Source: an uncultured Gemmatimonadota bacterium | Lineage (GTDB): Bacteria > SM23-81 > DAOVCL01 | NCBI GenBank assembly: GCA_964626665.1 | Contig: CAZVGK010000010.1 | Span: 1 to 64,000, forward strand | DNA length: 64,000 bases | Direction of reading: 5' to 3' | Part shown: positions 1 through 10,351 of the stretch, piece after piece | Numbering within the stretch: position 1 is the stretch's first letter | How the letters are laid out: every line of letters begins with the position of its first letter | Notes under the pieces: generated by a model | Seen by the model: the letters and a program-made list of their open reading frames with translations, nothing else | Database searches by the model: none | What the model was told of the DNA's origin: nothing | Made by a program: the position numbers and the translations under genes

Positions 1-150
1 GGGCCATTTACATTAGCTATGGTGGTGAGAATGAGCTAAATTTATATTCATATCGTGGGATTCGTGTTCAAGGCCGTATTTCTATTAACATAAATAGTTC
101 TGGGGAAGAGGGCAAAATCTTGGACCCAACAAGTTGGGAAGGAGGGGACA

Positions 151-2427
151 ATGAGGAGGCATCATAAAGTATCTGTTTCCGTGGGCATAGAGGTGCTTCT
201 GTTGATAAGTTTGTTCTTTACAGCCTCCAAACTGGAGGCGGAGAACTTAACTATCACGGTCAATGCGGGTGATTATCAGATCACCGATGGGGATAGAGGG
301 CAGCGGATTGAGATGGAGGGGTTTGGCTATTTGATGGAACCAGGCAAGCCGTTGCTTCCGGCTAAGAACTTCTTGATTGCCCTGCCGCCAGGGAGCAGGG
401 TTCAATCGGTTCAAGTCGAAGGGATTGGGGCCCAGCAATTGCCCGGCACATACCGTATCGTTTCGGCCCCACCGATTATGCCTTTAGCTGATCCGGTCCA
501 ATACCCTAAGCTTGTTGAGAAGATGCAAGGTGAGTGGCAAAGAAACAAGGAAGCAGTTTACTCATCGGATCAGGCCTACCCTAAGGAAAGGGGAAAACTC
601 AGAGGTTCAGGCACATTGCGAAAATACTCCTATGCTTCCGTCTGCTTCTATCCTTTTAGCTATCATCCACAGTCAGGAAGGCTGATCCATTATAATTGTG
701 CCCAGATCAAAGTCAGATACCGTTTGCCCTCTCCGGGCAGCTTAGAAGCTCAGAGGGTGGAAGAGATGAAGTGGGATACCGTGGCCGATGAGCGAGCCTC
801 AAAGCTGTTTGTCAATTACCAGGAAGTGAAGGGGTTGTATCAGTTCAGAGGATCAAGGCCTAAGGCCTGGCAGCAGACCCACGACTATGTAATTATCACT
901 ACGAGTGAGCTATTGAACGCCATTGCCTCTTCCGACTTTGTCACCTGGAAGACTTCTCTGGGATATAATGTAAGAATAGTCCTCACTACTGACACCGAGA
1001 TTACCAGTCAACCCGGTGGTGATCTTGCCCAAAAGATCCGCAACTTTCTCAGAGCCTATTATGGGCTCTGGGGCATTGAGTATGTGCTCCTGGTTGGCGA
1101 TTATGCAACCGTTCCTATGCGCTACTGTTATCCAGATTCAACTAATCATCTGAATGGTGCTGGCGACGTGACAGCTTGGCCTTGGGCCGGTGATGTACCG
1201 ACTGATTATTACTATGCAGATTTATCATACGCTGATGAAGACTCTTGGGATTCCGATGGAGACGGATATCACGGTGAATACGGCCAGGATAGTCCTGATT
1301 TCTCAGCCGAGGTCTATGTAGGTCGAATTCCGACCAACGACACCACGCGGATAACCTATACTCTCAATAAACTGGTCACTTTTGAGCAGGATACCGGACC
1401 TTGGAAGAACCGGGCGCTACATGCTGGTGCAATCGCCTATTATGCTAATGAAGACCATAGTGGCCGGGAGTTGAAAGACCTCGCTACTTATATAGATCTG
1501 ATCGAGACCGACATTATGAGTGGTTGGACAATAAGCCACTACAGCGAGCAAGAGGGATTGGCACCCTCTGCGTATCCGTGGTCTGCACTGAGTGAGGTGG
1601 CATTTATTGGGGATTGGCGAAATGGACGATATGGGATAGTAAACTGGGGTGGCCACGGCTGGACAAATGGCGTACATCAAAGAATATGGTCCTGGGACGA
1701 TGGAGACAGTGTCCCGGAATCTAATGAGTTATCGGGGCCTCCCTTTATCAGTATTTATTCTAACCTGGACGATGATTACCCATCGATTGTTTTCGCTCTG
1801 TCCTGTGTGGTAGGTTACCCAGAACCTAATGACTGGGCAAATCTGGGGATTGACCTACTGACTAAGCCCTCGTTTGGCTCTTCGGTGGGGATTGTCAGCG
1901 GAACAAGGGTAGTCTGGGTATCAAAGGGCGGCGGAGAACTACACTGCTATGAATTCAATCATTACATGATCAATGGCCCCAGCGGACCAGAGAAGGTGGG
2001 CGATGCCCTCTATGATTCTGAATTATACATTAGTCAAACCTATAGCTGGGACCATTATGCTGAATACTGGGATCTGTTTACCTTCAACCTCTATGGCGAT
2101 CCGTCCCTGGTGAGAGAAGGAGTTTCCGTTGGCATAGAGACCGAAAGCCTGGTGGAATTACCCAGATCCTTTCTCTTAATGCAGAACTACCCTAACCCAT
2201 TTAACGCCACAACCGAGATGAGGTATGCTCTGCCCAAGGACTGCAATGTAAAGCTAACCATTTATAACATCTTAGGTCAGAGGGTGGCAAGCTTGGTTGA
2301 TGGCAACCAGAAAGCTGGATACAAGACCGCTAAGTGGGACGCTGGTTCCTTCTCCAGCGGGATCTATTTCTACAGGTTCCAGGCTGGTGACTTTATGCAG
2401 ACGAGAAAGATGGTGCTAATCAGATAG
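151..2427 (+). CDS. C25 (gingipain-like) cysteine peptidase with propeptide and T9SS type-A-like C-terminal domain
   Basis: Signal peptide. C25 motifs [16 protein letters not shown] and VGRIP; catalytic His-Gly (WGGHG) and Cys (LSCVVG); NLYGDP. CTD NYPNPFN...GIYFYR...RKMVLIR. RBS GGAGG upstream. Confidence 0.85.
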   Translation: MRRHHKVSVSVGIEVLLLISLFFTASKLEAENLTITVNAGDYQITDGDRGQRIEMEGFGYLMEPGKPLLPAKNFLIALPPGSRVQSVQVEGIGAQQLPGTYRIVSAPPIMPLADPVQYPKLVEKMQGEWQRNKEAVYSSDQAYPKERGKLRGSGTLRKYSYASVCFYPFSYHPQSGRLIHYNCAQIKVRYRLPSPGSLEAQRVEEMKWDTVADERASKLFVNYQEVKGLYQFRGSRPKAWQQTHDYVIITTSELLNAIASSDFVTWKTSLGYNVRIVLTTDTEITSQPGGDLAQKIRNFLRAYYGLWGIEYVLLVGDYATVPMRYCYPDSTNHLNGAGDVTAWPWAGDVPTDYYYADLSYADEDSWDSDGDGYHGEYGQDSPDFSAEVYVGRIPTNDTTRITYTLNKLVTFEQDTGPWKNRALHAGAIAYYANEDHSGRELKDLATYIDLIETDIMSGWTISHYSEQEGLAPSAYPWSALSEVAFIGDWRNGRYGIVNWGGHGWTNGVHQRIWSWDDGDSVPESNELSGPPFISIYSNLDDDYPSIVFALSCVVGYPEPNDWANLGIDLLTKPSFGSSVGIVSGTRVVWVSKGGGELHCYEFNHYMINGPSGPEKVGDALYDSELYISQTYSWDHYAEYWDLFTFNLYGDPSLVREGVSVGIETESLVELPRSFLLMQNYPNPFNATTEMRYALPKDCNVKLTIYNILGQRVASLVDGNQKAGYKTAKWDAGSFSSGIYFYRFQAGDFMQTRKMVLIR
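163..1133 (+). repeat. ~970-bp near-identical direct repeat, copy 1 (copy 2 at ~2740-3710)
   Basis: Nucleotide identity at a constant offset of 2577. The only differences I noticed are synonymous ones near 1089-1092 (ctcctg vs cttctt). Confidence 0.9.
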
Positions 2428-2560
2428 AGATGAGGGATAGAAACCACTCCACTTTGAGGCGGGTCCGTGCATTGTGATCGGCAAAGCCTTTAACCTGTTG
2501 AGACGAGATTATAGTCCCGTCCGAAGGGGGGACTAAACTTTCATACACTTAACAGCTATT

Positions 2561-2591
2561 AAGGGAGGAGAGAAGGGGCTCCTCCCTTTTT
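2561..2591 (+). terminator. Probable intrinsic terminator
   Basis: aagggaggag-loop-ctcctccctt stem followed by a T-run, downstream of the first peptidase gene. Confidence 0.6.
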
Positions 2592-2654
2592 GATTGGGCA
2601 GCTAAGACTGGTGAGCGTGTGCGGTTCCCAGCCACATGGATAATGAAAAATCAC

Positions 2655-2683
2655 TTGCCTAAAGGCATAAAAATAGTTAGATT
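2655..2683 (+). promoter_or_regulatory. Putative sigma70 promoter of the second C25 gene
   Basis: TTGCCT-17bp-TAGATT, ending about 45 nt upstream of the ATG at 2728. Confidence 0.45.
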
Positions 2684-2727
2684 CAAAGAGCAGAGATTAG
2701 AACTCCAACTACAGGAAGAGAGGAACA

Positions 2728-4998
2728 ATGAGGAAATACCATAAAGTATCTGTTTCCGTGGGCATAGAGGTGCTTCTGTTGATAAGTTTGTTCTTTACAG
2801 CCTCCAAACTGGAGGCGGAGAACTTAACTATCACGGTCAATGCGGGTGATTATCAGATCACCGATGGGGATAGAGGGCAGCGGATTGAGATGGAGGGGTT
2901 TGGCTATTTGATGGAACCAGGCAAGCCGTTGCTTCCGGCTAAGAACTTCTTGATTGCCCTGCCGCCAGGGAGCAGGGTTCAATCGGTTCAAGTCGAAGGG
3001 ATTGGGGCCCAGCAATTGCCCGGCACATACCGTATCGTTTCGGCCCCACCGATTATGCCTTTAGCTGATCCGGTCCAATACCCTAAGCTTGTTGAGAAGA
3101 TGCAAGGTGAGTGGCAAAGAAACAAGGAAGCAGTTTACTCATCGGATCAGGCCTACCCTAAGGAAAGGGGAAAACTCAGAGGTTCAGGCACATTGCGAAA
3201 ATACTCCTATGCTTCCGTCTGCTTCTATCCTTTTAGCTATCATCCACAGTCAGGAAGGCTGATCCATTATAATTGTGCCCAGATCAAAGTCAGATACCGT
3301 TTGCCCTCTCCGGGCAGCTTAGAAGCTCAGAGGGTGGAAGAGATGAAGTGGGATACCGTGGCCGATGAGCGAGCCTCAAAGCTGTTTGTCAATTACCAGG
3401 AAGTGAAGGGGTTGTATCAGTTCAGAGGATCAAGGCCTAAGGCCTGGCAGCAGACCCACGACTATGTAATTATCACTACGAGTGAGCTATTGAACGCCAT
3501 TGCCTCTTCCGACTTTGTCACCTGGAAGACTTCTCTGGGATATAATGTAAGAATAGTCCTCACTACTGACACCGAGATTACCAGTCAACCCGGTGGTGAT
3601 CTTGCCCAAAAGATCCGCAACTTTCTCAGAGCCTATTATGGGCTCTGGGGCATTGAGTATGTGCTTCTTGTTGGCGATTATGCAACCGTTCCTATGCGCT
3701 ACTGTTATCCGGCAACCTCTACTTCCGGTGGTGAGGTGCCTACTGACTATTACTATGCAGATTTGTCCAATGCAGACACTCTCTCCTGGGATTCAGATAG
3801 AGATGGGTTCTGCGGGGAGTACGGCCAGGATAATCCTGATTTCTCAGCCGAAGTTTATGTTGGCAGAGTTCCCACTAATGATGTCTCTCGGATAACATAT
3901 GCTCTTGATAAAATAGTGAATTTTGAACAGGATACAGGACCCTGGAAGGATAATGCTTTGCATGGTGGAGCGATTTTGTTTTATGCTAACGAAGACTCCA
4001 ACGGCCGGGATGTGATAGACGGAGCAAGTTGTCTTGATGCAATCGAAACCGACTTTATGAGTGGCTGGACAATAAGCCACTACAGCGAACAGGAAGGTCT
4101 GGCTCCATCTGCATATGATTGGAATGCACTGACTGAAGATACATTTACAAGTGATTGGCGAAATAGCCAATATGGTGTAGTAAACTGGGCTGCTCATGGT
4201 GCGCCAACATCAATCGGGCGGGTTATCTGGTCGTGGGACGATGGGGATAGCATCCCCGAACATGAGCCAGGTGAGTTAACTTGGGGAAGCTTCCTGAGTA
4301 CTTCCTCTTATCTAGAAGATGATTATCCGTCTATTGTCTTCGCTGTCTCCTGCAATGTCGGTCATCCGGAAGGAGACGGCCATCTTGGAATTGATTTGTT
4401 GACTAAACCTGGTTTTGGATCCTCGGTAGGAGTTCTCAGTGCGACTCGTGGGGCTGCTGTTTCAGTGGATTGGTCGGTCTATCATGCTGGTGCAGAGGCA
4501 ATGTGCTATGAATTCAATCATTACATGATCAATGGGCCAGGTGGATCTGAGAAGGTCGGCGAAGCCCTCTATAATTCAAAATCCTATGTTCATTATAATT
4601 TTGGTTGGGATCATTATTATGAATACCAGAATATGTTTGATTACAATCTTTATGGAGACCCGGCGCTGGTAAGAGGAGGAATCTCTGTTGGGGCAGAAAC
4701 CGAAAGGTTGGTGGAATTGCCCAGATCCTTTCTCTTAATGCAGAATTACCCGAATCCTTTCAACTCCACCACCCTGATCCGCTACGCCCTTCCAGCGGTT
4801 AGCGGTCAGCAGTCAGTCGTCAGGTTGGAGGTTTATAACATCCTGGGCCAGAAGGTAGCCACTCTGGCGGAAGGGAGACAGAAAGCCGGATACAAGACGG
4901 CCAGGTGGGACGCCAGTTCCTTCTCCAGCGGGATCTACTTTTATAGGCTTAAGGCTGGGGATTTTACAAAGACGAGGAAGATGATTTTGTTGAAGTAG
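2728..4998 (+). CDS. C25 (gingipain-like) cysteine peptidase paralog with T9SS type-A-like CTD
   Basis: Same architecture as 151..2427. Catalytic WAAHG and VSCNVG, NLYGDP, CTD. Confidence 0.85.
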   Translation: MRKYHKVSVSVGIEVLLLISLFFTASKLEAENLTITVNAGDYQITDGDRGQRIEMEGFGYLMEPGKPLLPAKNFLIALPPGSRVQSVQVEGIGAQQLPGTYRIVSAPPIMPLADPVQYPKLVEKMQGEWQRNKEAVYSSDQAYPKERGKLRGSGTLRKYSYASVCFYPFSYHPQSGRLIHYNCAQIKVRYRLPSPGSLEAQRVEEMKWDTVADERASKLFVNYQEVKGLYQFRGSRPKAWQQTHDYVIITTSELLNAIASSDFVTWKTSLGYNVRIVLTTDTEITSQPGGDLAQKIRNFLRAYYGLWGIEYVLLVGDYATVPMRYCYPATSTSGGEVPTDYYYADLSNADTLSWDSDRDGFCGEYGQDNPDFSAEVYVGRVPTNDVSRITYALDKIVNFEQDTGPWKDNALHGGAILFYANEDSNGRDVIDGASCLDAIETDFMSGWTISHYSEQEGLAPSAYDWNALTEDTFTSDWRNSQYGVVNWAAHGAPTSIGRVIWSWDDGDSIPEHEPGELTWGSFLSTSSYLEDDYPSIVFAVSCNVGHPEGDGHLGIDLLTKPGFGSSVGVLSATRGAAVSVDWSVYHAGAEAMCYEFNHYMINGPGGSEKVGEALYNSKSYVHYNFGWDHYYEYQNMFDYNLYGDPALVRGGISVGAETERLVELPRSFLLMQNYPNPFNSTTLIRYALPAVSGQQSVVRLEVYNILGQKVATLAEGRQKAGYKTARWDASSFSSGIYFYRLKAGDFTKTRKMILLK
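2740..3710 (+). repeat. ~970-bp near-identical direct repeat, copy 2
   Basis: Matches 163-1133. Confidence 0.9.
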
Positions 4999-5232
4999 CT
5001 CCAACTGAAAGGGGAAAGCTCTCCAAGACTCCTTCGTCTTTCAGGGGTAAACGAACCAGAGAGATGTTATGACAAAGTCTACCCAAATACCTGAGCAAAG
5101 ATCAGTTGACAGATGGCAAAGATCCGTTATACGTGTAAGGAAGTAGGAAAAGGCAGGAGAATTGAAGTGGGGAGTATGGGTGAAAGAAAACGATCGCCTG
5201 CCAAAACAAACGGAATGAAAGGGGTGAGTTAA

Positions 5233-5934
5233 ATGAGAAACTTTCGTTGGTATATGGTCTTCATTACCCTCTGTATCTTTTGGATTTTTTTGGGGTGCGA
5301 GAAGGCTGTTTCATGCATCTATTCCCTTTGGGTTGAGCCTCCACATCCCACTTCAACAGACAGTGTGCAGCTATGTGCGTCTGGGTGGCTTCCCAATACC
5401 TGTTGGAGTATTGATCACTACGAATCTTCGCGTGCCGATTCTATCTTTCTTCTCCATGTCTATGCACATGCTTCGGGATCATTTTGCTTGCACATAATCA
5501 TCGATTATCACCACACAGACTCAGTGGGAACATTGGCCCCTAACACCTATATGTTTCGGGCGGTTGTGCACCCTGAGTGGCTTCTTCCGGATTTGCCACA
5601 TTCTACCCAGATTGAATTTACTGTGGAGCCTGCATATGTTGAGCAGGTAGAGGATAATCGGCAGGTTCCAAGTAGGTTTTTTCTTCACAGCAATGTTCCA
5701 AACCCATTCAACGCCATCACCGAGATTAAATACGCTCTACCAAAGGCTTGCGATGTCGAGCTTACCGTTTATAACATCCTCGGCCAAAGGGTGGCAAGTT
5801 TGGTTGATGGGAAGCAGAAGGCCGGATACAAGACTGTCAGGTGGGATGCGAGTTCATTCTCCAGCGGGATCTATTTCTATAGATTACAGGCCGGAAGTTT
5901 TGTAGAGGCTAAGAGGATGCTTCTCCTCAAGTAA
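5233..5934 (+). CDS. Secreted protein with T9SS type-A-like CTD
   Basis: Signal peptide, a small Cys-containing beta domain, then PNPFN...GIYFYRL...KRMLLLK. Confidence 0.8.
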   Translation: MRNFRWYMVFITLCIFWIFLGCEKAVSCIYSLWVEPPHPTSTDSVQLCASGWLPNTCWSIDHYESSRADSIFLLHVYAHASGSFCLHIIIDYHHTDSVGTLAPNTYMFRAVVHPEWLLPDLPHSTQIEFTVEPAYVEQVEDNRQVPSRFFLHSNVPNPFNAITEIKYALPKACDVELTVYNILGQRVASLVDGKQKAGYKTVRWDASSFSSGIYFYRLQAGSFVEAKRMLLLK

Positions 5935-5959
5935 ACCTGAACCCGAAAAGGAACAACAC

Positions 5960-6002
5960 GAAATCGCCCTCTGGGCCCTTACCGGAGGGCGATTCCCTTT
6001 TT
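5960..6002 (+). terminator. Intrinsic terminator
   Basis: aatcgccctc...gagggcgatt stem followed by a T-run. Confidence 0.7.
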
Positions 6003-6193
6003 ACTACAAAGATCACCCTGATTTTTCATCCCTCCGAATAGCCAATCGATCGACGACTATCCAAATTTATTCCATAGACTTCCCGAAGAGTTTTTCTCAA
6101 TTCCTTATGCAGCTAAAGGTTCCCTATTCCCACAAATAACCCATATCAAAAGTTTTAGGGATAATTTATGCCAAAAGAGGGGTTGCTTTGACC

Positions 6194-6222
6194 TTGACCT
6201 TACCTCTTTGGGATGCTATATT
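6194..6222 (+). promoter_or_regulatory. Putative sigma70 promoter with extended -10 for the tricorn gene
   Basis: TTGACC-17bp-TATATT with TG at the extended -10 position. It supports a start at TTG 6254, which follows RBS AAGGAGG. Confidence 0.55.
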
Positions 6223-6253
6223 CGGTTTGAAGCTCATAAGAAAAGGAGGGATT

Positions 6254-9200
6254 TTGAGAACGAGGATAATTGGTTTTGTCGGAGGGGTGCTGATTGCCCT
6301 AATAGGCTCTTTCGCAGCTCAGGCAACCAATGAGCCTTTTGGTTTCTTTCGTTTTCCCGATGTAAGCAAGAACAAAGTTGTCTTTACCAGTGAGGGGGAC
6401 CTTTGGCAGGTTTCCTTAGGGGGTGGGATAGCCACCAGGCTGACGGTAAGCGAAGGGGAAGAGAGGTTTGCCCAGTTCTCCCCGGATGGACGGTGGATAA
6501 GCTTCACCGGCCAATATGATGGAAACTCCGATGTCTATATCATTCCCTCTACGGGAGGGCAACCCCGCAGGCTCACCTACCATCCGGATAGGGATCAGGT
6601 CATTGGCTGGACACCAGATGGGCAGATCCTTTTCCGCTCGATGAGGAATTCCCCGCTGCGGGACTGGCGGCTTTACACCGTGGGCATAGCTGGGGGCTAC
6701 CCGCAAGCTCTTCCCCTGACCAAGGCCAGCAGGGCCAGCTTTGAGCCGGGAGGAAAACGCATTGCCTTTAACCAGTATGCCTTAGAGTTTCGCAGGTGGA
6801 AGAGGTATAAGGGGGGATGGGCCCAGGACATCTGGATGGGCAACCTGCAGAAGCTGGAGTTTAAGAAGGTAACCAAGTATAAGGGGAATGACGGTTTTCC
6901 TATGTGGTATGGGGGGAAGATCTATTTCCTTTCCGACTCCACGGGTCGGGGAAACCTCTGGTCGATGAACCCAGATGGCAGCCAACTCCAGCAGCTCACT
7001 TTTCATAAGGATTACGATGTGCGATTCCCCTCGTTAGGGGATGGGAAAATCGTTTATCAATATGCAATGGATATCTGGGGCTTTGACATTGCTACCGGGA
7101 AAACCTGGAAGATAGATATCCGCCTTCCCTCAGATCGGCTCCAGGCCAGGGAGCAGTGGGTGGACCCCAAAAAGTTTGTCACCGGGTATGATCTTTCTCC
7201 AGATGGGAAGAGGCTGTTAATCAATTCCCGGGGGGGACTCTTCTCCTTGCCCACAGCCAGGGGAGGGCTGATCCGTCAGCTCACTTGGTCATCAGGAGCC
7301 AGGGTTTATGGGGGGGAGTTCTCCCCGGATGGTAAGTCGGTGGTGGGACTCTCCGACAGCACAGGGGAGATGGAGGTTTGGCTCTGGGATGCTCAGGGGG
7401 GAAAGCCGGCCAAGAGGATTACCTGGGATGGAAAGGTCTGGCGGTTTCCTCCGCGGTTTTCCCCTGATGGCCAGAAGCTTAGCTTCTCCGATAAGGACCT
7501 CATCCTCTACATCTTGGATCCAAAAAATGGAACATCTGCTGTCGTGGACACAGGTAGGTGGGAGATCCGTGATTGGAGTTGGTCTCCAGATAGCCGTTGG
7601 CTGGCCTACACCAGGCCAAACGAGCGGGGCAGCTCAGACATCTTTATTTACGACACCAAAACTGGAAAGAGACACCAGGTCACTACGGGGTTTTTCCGCA
7701 GCTTTAACCCCACCTGGGATCCGGAAGGCAAGTATCTTCTCTTCCTCTCCGATCGCACCTTCAACCCTTATCTAGACCGCTATGATGGCCGGTTTATCAA
7801 CCTTGGCTACACAAAGCCCTATCTTTTAGTGCTCCAGGAAGATGTTCAATCTCCCTTTGCTGTGCAGCCAGAGGGGCAGGCGGAGGAGGGACCTCCCGAT
7901 TCTAAGGGGGAAAAAGGCAAGGAAAAGGAAGAGGGCAAGGGGAAGAAGGTTAAGGTAGAGATAGATTGGGATGGGTTGGCTGGGAGGATTGTTGAATTTC
8001 CCCAGTCACCAGGAAATTACAGGAACCTGAGGGCGATCAAGGGAAAGGTCTATTGGCTCAGTCGGGAGGAGAAGGGGATGTTGGGGAGGGAGCTCTTTGA
8101 GGGGCCAAAATCCCCTTATAGCCTGCATCTCTATGATCTAAAGAAGAGGAAGGATAAGGTTGTTGTCGAACCCATAGACAGCTATGATCTCTCCGGTGAT
8201 CTGAAGAAGCTTGTGATTAGGAAGGGCACCACCTTCCGCCTGATGAAAGCAGGCCAGGTGGCCCCTCCTCAGGATAAGGGTGAAGAAAAGGGTGTAGTTC
8301 CTCTGGAGGGGTGGACCCTACGGATTAATCCCAAGGCCGAGTGGAAGCAGATGTTTGCCGAAGCCTGGAGGTTGCAGAGGGATTTCTTCTATGATCCGCA
8401 TATGCATGGCGTGGACTGGAAGGGGGTCTATAAGCAGTATGGTCAGTTTGTCCCCTGCATCTCCTCACGGGAGGAACTCAACGACCTTATCGGGGAGATG
8501 TTCTCCGAGCTGAGCGCCGGCCATACCTATGTTGGGGGAGGGGATTGGCGGCGGGCAGAGAGGGTAGGGGTGGGGCTTTTAGGGATCGATACAAAGCCCG
8601 ATCGGGCCTCCGGATATTACAAAATAACCAGGGTTCTGCGGGGAAACGAGTGGGATTCCCGGGTTGCCTCACCCCTGAGGGCTCCGGGGGTAGATGTGCA
8701 ACCGGGGATGTGGCTTCTGAGGATCGACGGCCGGAAGGTAGATGCCAACCGCAACTACCTAAGACTTTTGCAGAACAAGGCGGGTATTCCAGTGGAGATA
8801 ACTGTAAACTCCCAGCCCAGCTTAAAGGGGGCCAGGGAAGTGGTGGTTAAGACCTTAAAGAATGAACACCGGCTAAGGTATGAGGATTGGGTGAGGGAAA
8901 GAAGGGAGTATTCCCTGAGGAAATCGGGGGGAAAGATCGGCTATATCCACCTCCCCAATATGGGCTCTCGCGGGCTCTCCATATTTGGCCGGGACTATTA
9001 CCCTCAACATACCAAAGAGGGTCTGATTATGGATGTGCGGGAGAATGGCGGTGGCTTTGTGGCGGAAATGATCCTCTCCTACCTTGCTCGTCAGCTCTGG
9101 ACGGTGGGAGGAAGCCGTAACTCCCCTGTCATCTATCGCAACCCTGAGGCCTGTTTTTGGGGTTATATGGCCGCTCTCTGCGATGGGGAGACCGGCTCAG

Positions 9201-9544
9201 ATGGGGAGACATTCACCGAGGGATTTAAGAGGCTGAAGCTTGGACCGGTGATTGGTATGCGCACCTGGGGAGGATGGGTGGGCATAAGGGGGAACAAACC
9301 CCTTAAGGATAGAGGATTCCTCTCCGAGCCGGAGTTCCCTGGCTGGAGCTTGGATGGAAAATGGCTGATAGAGGGGTGGGGTTCTGTGCCAGATATTGAG
9401 GTGGAGAATGACCCATCCTCCACGGCCAGGGGCCTTGACCTCCAGCTTGATTATGCCATCAACTACCTCCTGCAGAGGATAGCAGCCAAGCCCAAGGTTA
9501 TCCCGTCCCACCCTCCGTATCCAGACAAGAGCCTGAAATGGTAA
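6254..9544 (+). CDS. Tricorn-like S41 protease (exported)
   Basis: PD40 beta-propeller repeats (FSPDG), a PDZ region, and S41 motifs GHTY, DVRENGGG, GSDGE and GMRTWGG. Start moved from 6188 to 6254 on RBS, promoter and signal-peptide evidence. Confidence 0.9.
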   Translation: MRTRIIGFVGGVLIALIGSFAAQATNEPFGFFRFPDVSKNKVVFTSEGDLWQVSLGGGIATRLTVSEGEERFAQFSPDGRWISFTGQYDGNSDVYIIPSTGGQPRRLTYHPDRDQVIGWTPDGQILFRSMRNSPLRDWRLYTVGIAGGYPQALPLTKASRASFEPGGKRIAFNQYALEFRRWKRYKGGWAQDIWMGNLQKLEFKKVTKYKGNDGFPMWYGGKIYFLSDSTGRGNLWSMNPDGSQLQQLTFHKDYDVRFPSLGDGKIVYQYAMDIWGFDIATGKTWKIDIRLPSDRLQAREQWVDPKKFVTGYDLSPDGKRLLINSRGGLFSLPTARGGLIRQLTWSSGARVYGGEFSPDGKSVVGLSDSTGEMEVWLWDAQGGKPAKRITWDGKVWRFPPRFSPDGQKLSFSDKDLILYILDPKNGTSAVVDTGRWEIRDWSWSPDSRWLAYTRPNERGSSDIFIYDTKTGKRHQVTTGFFRSFNPTWDPEGKYLLFLSDRTFNPYLDRYDGRFINLGYTKPYLLVLQEDVQSPFAVQPEGQAEEGPPDSKGEKGKEKEEGKGKKVKVEIDWDGLAGRIVEFPQSPGNYRNLRAIKGKVYWLSREEKGMLGRELFEGPKSPYSLHLYDLKKRKDKVVVEPIDSYDLSGDLKKLVIRKGTTFRLMKAGQVAPPQDKGEEKGVVPLEGWTLRINPKAEWKQMFAEAWRLQRDFFYDPHMHGVDWKGVYKQYGQFVPCISSREELNDLIGEMFSELSAGHTYVGGGDWRRAERVGVGLLGIDTKPDRASGYYKITRVLRGNEWDSRVASPLRAPGVDVQPGMWLLRIDGRKVDANRNYLRLLQNKAGIPVEITVNSQPSLKGAREVVVKTLKNEHRLRYEDWVRERREYSLRKSGGKIGYIHLPNMGSRGLSIFGRDYYPQHTKEGLIMDVRENGGGFVAEMILSYLARQLWTVGGSRNSPVIYRNPEACFWGYMAALCDGETGSDGETFTEGFKRLKLGPVIGMRTWGGWVGIRGNKPLKDRGFLSEPEFPGWSLDGKWLIEGWGSVPDIEVENDPSSTARGLDLQLDYAINYLLQRIAAKPKVIPSHPPYPDKSLKW

Positions 9545-9560
9545 TTTAGAGGCGAAGAAT

Positions 9561-10088
9561 TTGGCTAAGGGCAGACTAAAAGACACTCCTCACGGGATTA
9601 GCTATCACCTCTCCCATTGTTGTAATCCGCAGGTAGGGGATGCTATAGTCGGCTATTTCAGGGAAGATGGGATATTCTCCGTTCACAAGGCGGGCTGTCC
9701 CAACCTAAGAAGGGTTCCGCAGGAGAGGTTGGTGGAAATAACCTGGGAGGAGATTGAGGGACAGAAAGGCAAAGAATCCGTAGATAGTCTCTTTTATGAG
9801 CTGGAAGACCAGGACTACCGTATTCTCAAGCATCTCAAAGTTTATGGCCTGGACTATGCCTATCCTATCTCCCAGAAGACTGGAATCGGCCTGCAGGAGA
9901 CCTTTCGTCGGCTGAGAAGATTAAAGGAATGGGGAGCCATTAGCAGGGTCTCCAGGCTAATGATCCAATACAGAAAAGGGATTGTGCAAGGAAAATGGAT
10001 CAAACACCGCAACCACACCTACTACGATCTCGCCCCTCGGGGGGAGAGGATACTCGCCTATAGGGGAATAATAAGTGGCGGGAGCTAA
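9561..10088 (+). CDS. RelA/SpoT-like Cys-rich (zinc-finger/RIS) domain fused to a DUF2250-like winged HTH
   Basis: N-terminal CCNPQVGDAIVGY...VHKAGCPNL. C-terminal wHTH with KHRNHTYY. Confidence 0.65.
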   Translation: MAKGRLKDTPHGISYHLSHCCNPQVGDAIVGYFREDGIFSVHKAGCPNLRRVPQERLVEITWEEIEGQKGKESVDSLFYELEDQDYRILKHLKVYGLDYAYPISQKTGIGLQETFRRLRRLKEWGAISRVSRLMIQYRKGIVQGKWIKHRNHTYYDLAPRGERILAYRGIISGGS

Positions 10089-10287
10089 GGGCCTCTGGCC
10101 GATCCCTCCCGAAAAAACTTGACATTTTTAGCCAATTCGGTTAATTAAATAACAGAGGTGTTACCATTTTTGGACAGGATTGACCCAATGATCAGGATAA
10201 ATAAAACTCGTCCACCAATGCTTTCTTGTGTGGGTTACATTTAAGCGGGTTATTGGGTGTAGGGCAACGTACTACGAATTGTTGTGA

Positions 10288-10351
10288 ACCCCGTTAGAAG
10301 TAAGTCGTCAGAGACGACTGCCGCACCTTTGGTGCGGATTTCTAACGGGGT
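10288..10351. repeat. Branched palindromic (REP/MITE-like) element
   Basis: Outer IR accccgttagaa/ttctaacggggt encloses two perfect 7-bp hairpins (agtcgtc/gacgact and ccgcacc/ggtgcgg). Confidence 0.75.

Noticed and set aside
151-4998. Diversity-generating retroelement explanation for the duplicated peptidases
   Set aside because: No reverse transcriptase is present, and the differences are not adenine-specific TR/VR-type changes.
6188-6253. ORF-track start of the tricorn gene
   Set aside because: It overlaps a good promoter; the RBS and signal peptide fit TTG 6254.
10288-10351. Cloverleaf-like structure as a tRNA
   Set aside because: Only two inner arms, no TTC T-loop or D-loop consensus, and no CCA end.
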